From contig NC_043010.1 of assembly GCF_006345805.1 (NCBI RefSeq), forward strand, positions 43,338,001-43,402,000: a stretch of 64,000 bases of DNA, read 5' to 3'. The notes under the pieces were generated by a model. That model worked only from the letters and a program-made list of their open reading frames with translations, did no database searches and had not been told where the DNA came from. Made by a program: the position numbers and the translations under genes. This stretch comes from Octopus sinensis. Taxonomy: Eukaryota. How positions within the stretch are numbered: the first letter of the stretch is position 1; the number at the start of each line of letters is the position of its first letter. This document shows, one piece after another, positions 36,401-48,060 of this stretch.

Positions 36401-36520
36401 GGTTATTCCTCTTGCAAGAAGATGGAGGCTTCCAATCCCTGGTTGAGCAGTATGAAATTGGTAACAAGTAGATAATTCTTTAGTAATGGTTAAATGAGTT
36501 ATTGATATTTGGTTACAACT
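33500..36520 (-). mobile_element. Degenerate Helitron RepHel coding region, interrupted
   Basis: Minus-strand remnants in expected order: FIKYICK..KGTD (~36100), AFWH.L.FPI (~36020), LLMH..PTSF (split at 35689/34681), ELLKND.Q.DTTLSEA, FLDVQGGT.QTFLI, IAIAV..S...TLHSAFKLPL, EYTMAHEEAL.AL. Confidence 0.75.
34681..35689. mobile_element. LTR-like ~1-kb insertion inside the Helitron
   Basis: The Helitron reading resumes on both sides. The insert is GC-richer and has CCAAT boxes at 35570 (reverse) and 35630. Termini and TSD are not clean. Confidence 0.4.
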
Positions 36521-36539
36521 TTTCTTTTCCATGGTGCCA

Positions 36540-36890
36540 AGAGCACCATCCAAGTGTGATTGTTGCCAGAGCAATCAACTGACTTCCGTGCCAGTGGCAC
36601 GTAAAAGGGCACAATTCGAGCGTGATCGTTACCAAAGTCGCCTTACTGGCATCTGTGCTGGGGGCATGTGTAAAAGGATTCGAGCAAGGTCATTTCCAGT
36701 ACTGCCTGACTGGCTCCCGTGCCAGTGGCACGTAAAAAGCACCCACTACACTCTTAGAGTGGTTGACGTCAGGAAGGGCATCCAGCTGTAGAAGCTCTGC
36801 CAAATCAAGATTGGAGCCTGGTTCACCAGCCCTCAGTCAAAATCGTCCAACCCATGCTAGCATGGAAAGTGGACGTTAAACGATGATGAT
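36540..36890 (+). mobile_element. RTE-tail/SINE-like repeat
   Basis: gtggcacgtaaaaagcacccactacactc...ccaacccatgctagcatggaaagtggacgttaaac(gat)n. Confidence 0.85.
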
Positions 36891-38337
36891 GGTGTATTTG
36901 ATGGAAACATCATTTGTAGCCAATTAGTTTAGAAAATCAGAGGCAGAAGCCACAGAGATCCATGAGAAGACAGGTTTCTTGATTGCTACTCGATAAAGCT
37001 GTATTTTGTCATGTCCGTAGTTTGAACTCACATCCAGAATATTTTTCTTCTTGTTCTGATAAAAGTCAGCTAGTATGTCAATTTCTGTAGCTAACACATC
37101 TACTTATTTAATTAGCTTGCTTATAAGATTTCTAGAAAGAGAAAGAAAGAAAAAGGAACATAGAAATATGGAAGAGGTATTGATAATATTAGTGAGGTAG
37201 ACATAAAATAAATGAAAAGTGTGTGTATGTGTGTGTGCACGTGTGAGCGTGCATGTGTGTGTGTGTGTGTGCATATGTGTGTGTGTGAGATAGAGAGTTG
37301 GAGTAGGAAGAAGGTAAAAATTATTTGATAAATGAAATGGTAAAGAAGAGAAGATAAAAAGGAAAAAATTAGACTGCTAGGTGAGAGAAAGAGAGAAAGG
37401 AAAGAAAATGAGTGAAAGTAGCGAAACTATCAACAAGGAGTAAGGAGTGAAGTAGAACAGTAAAGGAAATCAGTTACTATAGTAACTGACAGAGGAGGAG
37501 GAGGAAGAGGAGAAGGAGACAATAACAACAAACAAAAGAAAACTGGGAGATGATAAGGGTGGATGTTATGGTTGGGTTTGCTCTCATACACACATTTTTG
37601 CACTATTTAGTTCCAATTGTGTTGTTTCTTTTTACACAAATGACAATTCACCTTCCTTTTCTCATGAAATTAATAAAATTGAATATTTGACAAGGCTTTA
37701 GTGTTGATACAATTGACTAAAACCACTAATGATGATCCAGTATGACCATTGTCCATTGAGGAATACTAGGAAATTAAAAGAATAGTGTCATTTTTTTGCT
37801 AGCCAGTTATCCTTACACAACACAACTGGCATATTAAATGCTGTCCGTGCTAGTAAAACAGAAAGTAGGACATGATATAAACCTTCTAGAGAAACTTAAG
37901 CACAATTAGAAAATTTTACAATCCTCTTGAAATAAATATTATAAATGATGTGTATATGTGTGACTAATACTAGAATTTGCAGATATATACTTTACTTTAA
38001 TCCTTTCAAGATAAAATTGTATAAATGGCTGTTTGATAAGACAGAAATTTCTTAAATAAACTACTATATACTAGAAGTCATTGCACTTCCATTACACAAC
38101 CATTCTCTTATCTAAGACAAACAAAACTAAACCTTTGATATCATATCACATGTCTAATCTACTATGTTTTAAAATACAAAGTTTATTTATTGTCACCCAC
38201 TGTTATTTGAAGGAGAAATAGAAGCCAGCTGGTCAGTATATTAAATCTTACCAGTGTATTAAATACCGGAGCATTATCAATGTAATAATTCTAAGAACAG
38301 CTTGAAATGAACATTTCTGTCAAAAAAATCTTTAAAA

Positions 38338-40506
38338 ATGTCATCAATAGATACAATGTTAACTGAAATTTCTAATGGAAGTACATTTAACTGCAATAAT
38401 ACAAGTAGTGAGGATGTCATTTCTATTGCTTATAATTTTGCTTTTAATTCAGTAATATGGATTGTCTGTTTGATAATATTTTCAATCATACCAAAACTGA
38501 TCCAAAACTATCGTCAAAACGAAGCTTCATGTATCAGTCCATCTTCTAATACTTTAACAGATTTATCATCTGTCAGTGAATTGCAGTTGAGTTGTGAATC
38601 AACAACAGCCGAGACTTCATTTCCAGAACATCTTCGTCAGACAGATCAATTCACTTCCTGGCTCCGAGTTTTCTGGCGACTCACCGACAAGGATATCACA
38701 CAAAAATGTGGGCCAGATGCTATAGCTTATTTGCGCTTTCAAAGGTATTTGATTGGTTACCTTTTCTTCATATTATTTCTCACTCTTGTGATAATCTTAC
38801 CTGTTAATTATACAGGAGGACAATTTACACCTAAGGATATTAGTAGTACAACAACAATTAATGTTCACTCCAATCTTCTTTGGCTACATGTCTCAGTTTC
38901 CCTTTTATATTTACTAGCAACCATATTCTTGCTGCTTCGTTTATCACAGCATTTATGGACAAGTAATAAATCAAATACCTTGCTGATAAGTAATATCCCT
39001 CAGGTTGAAAACAGCAAGAATTTGATTGAATTGCATTTGAACAGAGCATATCCAAATATAACTGTTAAGAAAATAGTAAATGTGTATGATACCAGAAAAA
39101 TCTTGGAATTAGACCAAAAACTTCAAAAAATCCGTCATCTCAAAGAGCATTACCAAAATGTTGTAAACGCAGAAACCTATCAAGAATCTGACATCAAAGA
39201 AAATGTTGAGAGTACATGTTTTAGAAGTAATTATATAAACAACCTTGATGAAACAGAGGAAACAATCTTATCGGAGAGAGCCATGGAAAGTGAGCAACTT
39301 AAAGAAAAATCACTGGGAATAGTATTTGTGAAATTAGCTTCAGTAGAAGAGGCAGAATATATATATTCATCTTTTCATTCATTTTGCAAATGCAAACGTC
39401 CTGTCATCCCATCAGAATTTAGTGATGTACTAAAAGTCAAAAAGTGGCGAATGAGTTATGCTCCACGTAAGGAAGATATTATCTGGCAAAATTTGCCTAC
39501 CTCACATTTTTCTAAATTTATTAGAAAAATAATAGTTGCAGCTATTTTGTTTTTTGCCTGTTTAGTTGTCACAAGTCCTGCTCTTGTTACATCTCTTTTT
39601 GAAAAAATTAACAAGACAAACTCTCCCTTCTTAGATATTATACAAAGTCTTCTGCTTAAATTTATGGTTAATCTACTACCAATGATTGTAACTGCTTCAA
39701 TTGCCTTTCTAAGGAGTTGGACTAAAAGTTTAAAACAGAAAAAAACCATGATAGCTTTGTTTACAACACTTTTATTTGCGGTTCTAATCTTACCATCACT
39801 GGGTCTGACAACATATGATTTTCTGTCCAAATCTGTGAATATACAATCAAAAATGCATTGTATATTCACAATGGGAAATAATTATTTGTTTGTGAACTAT
39901 GTCATAGTTTCAGCACTCATTGGCACTGGTCTTGAACTTCTTCGAATTTCTGAATTACTAACGCTACTGTGGCGTTACTTGACAATCCGTTCAACTGTAA
40001 AGAGAAGGACATTAAGAGAATATGATACCATTGAATTTGATTTTGGTGAACAGTACGCATGGATCCTCTGCCTGTTCTCTGTGGTCGTTACGTACAGCAT
40101 ACTCTTCCCAATTATTTCAATATTTGGATGTCTCTACATCATTCTCAAATATTGCGTCGATCGTTACAACTTGTATTTTATTTACAGGAAGTCATATGTT
40201 CACAAAACCGTGCACTTGTCAGCAACAAACATAATGGTTTTAACGTCCATACTACCTCAATTCTGCATCTTGGAATTCACTCTCCTGGTAACTTCAGATA
40301 ATCACTTGCCTCCACATGTATTTTACTACTCTTTAGCTGTATTTGTGCTCAGCTTGACTGTCTCTATATCCATCATTGTGTGGTTTTACTTTAAGCAACA
40401 GCAAGTCATCAGGTTTGTCAATCGTCTGACCAATGGATGTTGTTGTGTCAGTGAACCAAAACTAAACAGTACTAAATGCGACTATGGTTCAATAAGCAAT
40501 TCTTGA
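38338..40506 (+). CDS. TMEM63: TMEM63/OSCA (CSC1-like) mechanosensitive ion channel, single-exon ORF, 722 aa
   Basis: Uninterrupted ATG..TGA ORF with many hydrophobic segments. Family motifs: KCGPDAIAYLRFQR, IILPVNYTG, LWLHVS, LGIVFV, W.MSYAP..EDIIWQNL, ILPSLGL, FVNYVI.SALIG, FDFGEQYAW, YSILFPII..FG, VDRYNLYF. Confidence 0.95.
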   Translation: MSSIDTMLTEISNGSTFNCNNTSSEDVISIAYNFAFNSVIWIVCLIIFSIIPKLIQNYRQNEASCISPSSNTLTDLSSVSELQLSCESTTAETSFPEHLRQTDQFTSWLRVFWRLTDKDITQKCGPDAIAYLRFQRYLIGYLFFILFLTLVIILPVNYTGGQFTPKDISSTTTINVHSNLLWLHVSVSLLYLLATIFLLLRLSQHLWTSNKSNTLLISNIPQVENSKNLIELHLNRAYPNITVKKIVNVYDTRKILELDQKLQKIRHLKEHYQNVVNAETYQESDIKENVESTCFRSNYINNLDETEETILSERAMESEQLKEKSLGIVFVKLASVEEAEYIYSSFHSFCKCKRPVIPSEFSDVLKVKKWRMSYAPRKEDIIWQNLPTSHFSKFIRKIIVAAILFFACLVVTSPALVTSLFEKINKTNSPFLDIIQSLLLKFMVNLLPMIVTASIAFLRSWTKSLKQKKTMIALFTTLLFAVLILPSLGLTTYDFLSKSVNIQSKMHCIFTMGNNYLFVNYVIVSALIGTGLELLRISELLTLLWRYLTIRSTVKRRTLREYDTIEFDFGEQYAWILCLFSVVVTYSILFPIISIFGCLYIILKYCVDRYNLYFIYRKSYVHKTVHLSATNIMVLTSILPQFCILEFTLLVTSDNHLPPHVFYYSLAVFVLSLTVSISIIVWFYFKQQQVIRFVNRLTNGCCCVSEPKLNSTKCDYGSISNS

Positions 40507-41101
40507 TAATGGATTAACTTTCATTCGGTGTGAGATTCTCTGTGTGTCATGGATGAGAATGTGTGTGTGTAACTTGTTTTAGTCAGTGTGGATACGAAAT
40601 CGCTTTCATACATATTTACATATATGATTTTGTTGGTTCCAGTCACTTAATTACAACCATAATTAATCTGATACTCATTTCTCAAAATCTAAAGAATAGT
40701 TGCACAAACCGAGTTTAGAGAGTTATGTACCTTTAATGATATGAATGCCTGTGTGCGTGTGCGTGTGTGTGAGAGGGATCTATTTATCCATCTATCTGTC
40801 TGTCTGTCCACTCACTTGGCTTTCTCTCTGCTTGACTTCCTGCCAGCCTGTCTGTAAACGTACACACACACGTACACACACACACACACGTGTTCAAGCC
40901 AAAATGGTGCATAAATGTATGGTGGAGACTCATAAGAGAAGCAGGTTTTCCATATGAAAAACCTGTTTCTCTTATGTGTCTATAGCTTGCATTGAGTACA
41001 CCATATGGAGTTTCTCCTGATACCTTTTCTACATATCAAGCCCCACTTCCCCCAAAGTTTCAAGCCATGTGCCTGTAGTAAAAAAAATATTATTATTATT
41101 A

Positions 41102-41148
<47 letters not shown>

Positions 41149-41190
41149 GGAGAGTATTGTAGTTCACTTGAAGCATTGTGTATTGTTAGT

Positions 41191-42595
41191 AAAGAATACA
41201 AAGTTTTGAATGGTACAACAATGCACTATGATACAGACAATGGGCTATATACCTGTTGTAATTTAGACATCCATAGTCTGATATGATATTTCGGAATAAT
41301 ATTCCTTCTTCAGATATTCTTAGATGGAGTCGCTGCTATAATCGGTTTTCTAACGACTTTTCTTTTTTATTTTTTTGGAAGCGTCTCAGCAGTGGTCTCA
41401 CGATGCTCCTTCTGGAATTCCTCATGAGAAGTGTATGAGGTCAGCCATGTCTCAATCTCATGTGTGCTGGTACATCCGTAGCGCTGCTTCTGAGATATGT
41501 ATTTATACGTGCAGCCTCCTTTTTTTTTTTAAGTACCCAAAACGACCAACATGCTGAACACATAGAAAACCCAGCAATACATGCTTCCTTAAAATACCCC
41601 ATTTTAGTGAGAGGATAACTACATCCATCCGAAGAGCCATAAGAAGAGAAGGGCTAGATGTACAACAAGCCCACTCTGGCCCCTCTCTGAGAGGACACCT
41701 CACTAAGAAACGAACAAGGAACAACAATCAATGTACACTAACAAACTGTCCCATCCATGACACAGATTTATGCCAACGGGTAAATGTTGTGTATAGAATA
41801 CAATGTAACAAATGCAACAAGTTCTATGTGGATAGCACAACAAGACCGTTACACATCCACATCAAAGAACATCTGCACATGAGAACTTCCTCCTTCAGAA
41901 AACATCTAGACAGATGCCGGAACACCGACAAAAGCATAACAATCTTAATTGAGGCCAATGAAAGAAATTTGAGATGTACTTGCATAGCAAGTGATTTGAT
42001 CTGAGATCGTGTGCTGAAACGAAAACAATTGCAGCGTGGAAGCCATTTAAGAAACACACAAAAGCCGTTCGAAGTGAAAGAAATTTGAGTAATTTAAGGA
42101 AGCTATACTCATACACAGACTAGGGCCCCAAATTAACAACAGGCTAGAGGTTGGTAATCAATACATTATTTAGCTACATCTGGATGCGTGTAAGTTCATT
42201 TTTGATAATATGCTCATCTGTAGTTTATAACAAAAAAAAAAAAAGAGAAGAGAGAAAAAAGAAGGGGAAAAACGGAGGCTGCATGTATAATATGTAACTC
42301 AGAAGCAGCGTTACAGATGTACCAGCACACACGAGATTGAGAAATGGCTGACCTCACACACTTTGTCATGAGAAATTCCAGAAGGAGCATCGTGAGACCA
42401 CTGCTGAGATGCTTCCAAAAAATAAAAAAGAAAAGTCATTAGAAAACCGATTATAGCAGCGACTCCATCTGAGTATATCTGAAGAAGGAATATTAAATAT
42501 CATATCAGACTATGGAAGACTAAATTACAACAGGTATATAGCCCATTGTCTGTATCATAATGCATAGTTGTACCATTCAAAACTTTTTATTCTTT
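41191..42595. mobile_element. Penelope-like element: ~320-bp inverted terminal repeats around a GIY-YIG endonuclease fragment, embedded in (ATT)n
   Basis: 41191-41520 is the reverse complement of ~42275-42595. The interior + strand reads NVVYRIQCNKCNKFYVDSTTRPLHIHIKEHL...SSFRKHL (GIY-YIG-like). (ATT)n flanks both sides. Confidence 0.8.
41281..41317 (-). ncRNA. Minimal type I hammerhead ribozyme, intact core
   Basis: The minus strand reads AUAU-CUGAAGA-A-GGAAU-AUU-AUUCC-GAAA-UA-UC^AUAU: canonical core, 5-bp stem II, palindromic AUAU stem III and 4-bp stem I. Confidence 0.8.
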
Positions 42596-42642
42596 ATTAT
42601 TATTATTATTATTATTATATTATTATTATTATTATTATTATT

Positions 42643-42860
42643 AAGGCGGCAAGCTAGCAGAATTGTAAGCATGCTGGATGAAATGCTTAGCAGTATTTCA
42701 CCCATCGCTTTGTTCCAAATTCAAATTCTACCAGGGTTGGTTTTACCTTTCACCTTTTGGGGTCAATAAAGCAAGTACTAGTTGCACACTGGGGTCGATG
42801 TCATTGACTTACTCCCTCCCCGAAATTACTGGCCTTGTACCAAAATTTGAAACCAATATT
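42643..42860 (+). mobile_element. tRNA-derived SINE
   Basis: aaggcggcaagctagcagaattgtaagc...ttcaaattc...ggggtcaataaag. Confidence 0.8.
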
Positions 42861-43199
42861 ACTGTAATTGTGATCTGTTTGGCATTTTTATTTCTATTAG
42901 TTTAATTGTTATTGTTATTTTTATTGTTTTATTTTATTTTTACCATTATGGTTGTTATTATCATTATTGTTGTTGTTGTTGTTATTATCATCATCATCAT
43001 CATCATCATCATCACTATTATCATTGTTATTATCCATATTGGGTGAAACATGGCCTTGATAGCCTTCCTTTCTCTGCTCCTGTTCACATTCTTCCTCTAA
43101 TCTATTCTCCCATGATAATTCTAGCTCTGTTTATTTGCATACTGATGTTTATAAGGGCCTCCATCTTTGTGTTGTATTTTTTGTCAATAATGATGACAA

Positions 43200-43580
43200 A
43201 GTGAGCTGGCTTAGACATTGGGCCTTGGTGGGGATGACAAGGAATTGAGACTCATAGTGGTTTGCTGTGCTTGAGAAAACATGTCAAGCTAAGTAAAATC
43301 GTGGTTGTCTTTGCATACAGACATGTCCCCTGCCTGTCTCTCCAATCTTGCAGGCTTGTAGGTGCAGGTGCCACTTAAAAAGTACCTGTAATGGTGCCAC
43401 ATAAGCACTCCCATGCTGGTGCTATGTAAAAACACCCAGTGCACCCTATAAAGTGGTTGGTGTTAGGAAGGGCATCCAGCCATAGCAAGCATGTCAAAAC
43501 AAACATGGAGCCTAGGGAGCTCTTCATCTGGCCAGCTCCTGTCAAATCACCCAACTCATGCCTACATGGAAAAACAGATG
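43200..43580 (+). mobile_element. RTE 3' end with tail
   Basis: tttgctgtgcttgagaaaacatgtcaagctaagt...gtggttggtgttaggaagggcatccagcc. Confidence 0.65.
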
Positions 43581-44951
43581 ACAAAAGAATAGAAGTTATG
43601 TAATTATCCTCATAGCTTATAACAGTTTCTGTTATAAGGCTGGGTTATGGGAATTCACTGATGTCCTCCATTTCAGATGATTTATAAAAATTCATAATAT
43701 TAATGAATAAATGAAAAAAAAAGTTGTAATTACATAATCACCTTCGTTAACTTCAGCTATTTTCTTTATAAAATACCGTGTAATTATATTTGGGTACCAG
43801 CACAGCATTTTTTAGCATCATCAAAGCCTAAACCTTTCCATTACCTTGAAAATGTATTTCATTAAAAGATAATTTGTTCTGATTAAAAAAAATCATTACA
43901 TGTTAGGTTAATGGGATTCAATATTACATGTTAAGTTAATGAACTTCAATATTATTATCTGATGAAATACGTTATCCTTGTCTGAAGTAAGTTTGAAAAT
44001 ATTGAAGAATTTATCTAAATAACTTTGACATTATTAAGGTGATGTTTGCAATATAAATTAACATAAAATTTTGATGGAAGGTTCTAAGACCCAGAGGCAA
44101 TCTTGAATGGGTTGGTATCAAATAGGCTAACATGAATATTCATATAAAATATTGAAGTACATTAATTTAACATGTAAGGATTTTTTTAAAAATAAGGACA
44201 AATTGTCTTTTAATGAAATACATTTCCAATTATTTTTGTGCATGTTTTTTTGTGTGCATTATGTACAAACATTTAAACGTTCGAACATTTTTCAGTTATA
44301 ATCGCAATTATAATAATTTCCAACACAGACACATGATCACAACCTGTAAGGACTAGACATCCCTAGTAATTTGCCTGCTACTTATTTTATCGGCCCCTTA
44401 AAGATGATTAGCAAAATTAACAACAGTGGAATTTCTCTGCTGAAGCTGAAGGGAAATAACTCTGTACTGCAAGCTATTTTGTTCATTGTCATGTTACCTG
44501 TTATGCTTATACAAATTACTTTTAACGTAATAGACACAGCCAGAACAAGTAATGGACACTAGCACTTATCTGATACTTGACTAATTTACCTCAGTTAATT
44601 ATTTTTTTCTCTAGTATGTCCTTCTGAAGAATAACAATTATGTGACACAAATGTCTATATTTTATGATTATCGCATACCTTAACCTGTCACCATTTTTTA
44701 TAGGTTATGTATAAACTACAAATTATTATTTGAATGTTAAAAAGTTTCTCAGTTTTGGGGTTAAAACATTACGACAGGTGATTCAATTAAAAATAAATCA
44801 CTGCACTGCATCTTTCTATAGTTTTTAAGAATTTGTTTAAAAAATATTAAAATTTCTACAATTATTTCACCTTTTCTTTCACAAATATTTTTTGATCAAT
44901 TTATCTTTCTATGAATATATGTAGCCATTACGTTTTTCGCGCGCGCACGCA

Positions 44952-44982
<31 letters not shown>

Positions 44983-45006
44983 GCACATATATGATTATTT
45001 TCTCGT

Positions 45007-45247
45007 ATTCTTTTCTGTTGAAGAGCGTAGGCTTGAAATGTAAAAGAATTTTTCATTTTTCCCGAGCGTCAAACTAATACACTTGTTTGTTGTTCATACA
45101 CCTGTCTTTGTCTTTTGTTTTTCTATAAATTTCAGGTATATGCATGTATGTATGTATGTATGTATGTATGTATGTATGTATGTATGTATGTATGTATGTA
45201 TGTATGTATACATGTGTGTATGTATGTATTTCAGATTCAGATTCCCA

Positions 45248-45311
<64 letters not shown>

Positions 45312-45560
45312 GCATACACACTTACATATGAATATGCATGTGATGTAGACCAACACCAGAGCTCTGCCAATATGTTCAATTAGAACATAGCTGCTCAGTT
45401 AATAATGAATATGTTGAGTCATTATTGATGCACAGAACAGACACAACTCTCAGACAGATGACAGAGGCCATACACATCGTAGCAAATAGACTGAGCTTCA
45501 ACAGAAAACATGAATGGAATAATAACACCCCACCACTCCATCACACTATTATAGCTTTGT
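45007..45560 (+). mobile_element. Penelope-like fragments: decayed hammerhead (45011-45046), terminal repeat, microsatellites and GIY-YIG tail
   Basis: CTGTTGA-A-GAGC-GTAG-GCTT-GAAA-TG-TA-AAAG, and at ~45455-45520 QMTEAIHIVANRLSFNRKHEW. Confidence 0.5.
45141..45310. repeat. Compound (TATG)n/(CA)n/(TA)n microsatellite
   Basis: Direct reading. Confidence 0.95.
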
Positions 45561-46429
45561 TAAGCTATACGTAAACAAACGAGTGGAGACGAGTATGCAT
45601 TTACTAAAGGTTTATTACTTAAGTGGTCAGTTATTTTTGTATAGTTCCCTCAGATTCGTTTCATGCACGCTCCTTTTGTTATCGTTCCCCACCCGGAAGT
45701 CCTTTTCTTTCCTGCTGACCAACTTCCTGGCTAGCCTGCAGCGAAGTATCTGTCTACAGTTCGTCTGCCACGAATCCTACCCTACACTATGCAACCTGAT
45801 GACTAGAGATGGAATGAGAAGAGGAAAAATTGGATACAGATACAAACAGTGCAATACATAAATCCTTATACACATAACTCACATACACATACTAAAGACA
45901 GGATGAGAATAAATAAATAAAAGATTCAGGTACAGTGTAATAAGCAAACCCATATACACACACACAAAACATCGAGACACACAAACACACACTACACACA
46001 AACACACACACATACACACATGCGTGCGCCCACATGCAAACACATGTGCAGATAGGGCTACACACCAGAGAAAGATAAAATGGAATAAGCAGAACAAGAG
46101 GAGACATGTGGGATAGAGAGTCATTGAAGAGGATATGTGATGAAAGAACTTTGACAAAAAACTAAAATAATAATAATAATAAAGCTGAAGGGAAGACCAA
46201 ATATATTGTGAGTGTGTGTTTAATTTGCAAAATATTACCATCCTCAACTATAAAAAATTCAAAATGTCTTTTACATGAACTTATTTAGACATCAATTCAT
46301 CAGTTCAGGATACACGGATTCTTTAACTATCCTAACAACATCTATTTTTTTCATTGCACACTTCACATGGTGGAGTAGAGAGGATGATAGCGTTGGTTAG
46401 TTGGCATTTTCCAGAGTGATTTTAGTTCC

Positions 46430-48060
46430 TTTATTATATGCTCTATGTTGTAGAGCAGACAACATGTGGACATCACTCTATTGGGTGTAATATTTTGATT
46501 CCAGTAACAATAGTTATCATGTAGAGAAAGTTGATGGTGTCAGGTTACATATGAGTTTGAATGATAAGTATGGCTATCAGGTAATGATAGGCTATAATAT
46601 CTATGGACAGCAGGAATTATATACTTTGCCAGCTAGGCCTAGGATGATATTCCTGGATTAGCAGCAACCAATAACTTAAAACTCATTAACAGAGCCTGCT
46701 TCTTGCGACAACAGTAGGATAGATTGGTTTACACCTATCAATGTATACTGCATGCTGCTGTTGTGCAGATTCTTAGGGACGTAGATTTAACAATTACTGC
46801 CTACCAGAATAAGGAAGAGCCATCTCAATGATGTTCCATGTAGCATTAGGGAAGTTATTTCCTTGATCACAGAGTCTCCAGATAAGGCAGGACTGGGAGG
46901 TTGAGTGTTCTATGATCATACACTTGAAGGAATGTAAGAGTTATGTGAAGCTTCTCTTAAAGTCATTGGCTGTTATGTCCGTGCAGTGTCCCTTGATGTG
47001 ATCGGATTGCAAGAAGGTAGCTAAACAGATCACAATCTTTGAGTAACAGGATCTCTCAATGGGCATTTGGAAGGATTTCTGAGTTACAGACTGGAGTGTG
47101 AAGGGAAGACTGTGTAGAAGAGTGTTGGCTTCTCTTTTAGCATGCAATGTTGGGAGTGATATTATCTATGCATAAGTGTCTAACCTTGACGTTATGGGAA
47201 TTAAAGAGTTTGTGATAACTATGAGTTCTTAGGAAATGTTATCTAATTAGCATCAGGAATTTCCTAGCTATATTAGTGGAAACATTTAGCTTGAATAGAG
47301 AATTAAACCAGATTACCTTTCTCCTTCTAGCTCTCTTCAGGCTTAGAAGTGGCATGAGGAATCTACATATAAGTTAACTTATCACTAAAGCCACTCCTTG
47401 CCAGTGCCTCGATAAAATGGCTGTGAATCTGTTGAAAATCTATTTCTATTAATAAAGTGGAGATGCTTCTGCTACTACCTGAGACTAGATTTCTAATTAC
47501 AGGAGGGAAATTTTATGGATATAAAAAGTTTTCTCGTTGGGCTTTTTGTAGGGGTAGTACTTGCTTTTTCTGTGGTCTAGGGTTATGTCCAGGAAGTCAA
47601 TCGTTAAGTTGGTCATAAAAGTTATAGTTAGGCCGAATTCTTTGAAGATATTTATAAAATTCTTCCTGAACTTATCAATGGTGTGGTTATTTATTTGGTT
47701 TGAGAACTGCCAGGCCACCATCCCTGTACAGTGTGAATTGTGAAAGTGCATACTTTTTTCAGGTATCCAAGACAAATTACTTGAGAAGCCAGCAACCTTA
47801 ACCCTGTTGAAGAATCCCATGAATATGTCGAACAGTAGGTTGTTTTCCTTGTTTTACACAGTAAGAATCATCGTGAAATAAGGAGCGGACTTTCTCGTGA
47901 TTATAATCATTCTAATATTGCGGTCACCAATCCTGGTAAACTGTCTACCGAAGTTTACAACATCCCAAAGAATGAAGAACTAGTTGTCTCGTTAATGACT
48001 GATGATGCTAGATTAACAGATAGAAATGATAATGATGACGATGTGGTGCTATCTGTCTCA
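46430..48060 (-). mobile_element. Degenerate Penelope-like retroelement (RT plus GIY-YIG region)
   Basis: Minus strand: NFGRQFTRIGDRNIRMII.TRKS...LFDIFMG, IFKEFGLTITFMTNLTIDFLDITLD...YYPYKKPN, then RRRKVIWFN..F..NVSTNIARKFL and HKLFNSHNVKV, across frameshifts. Confidence 0.8.
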
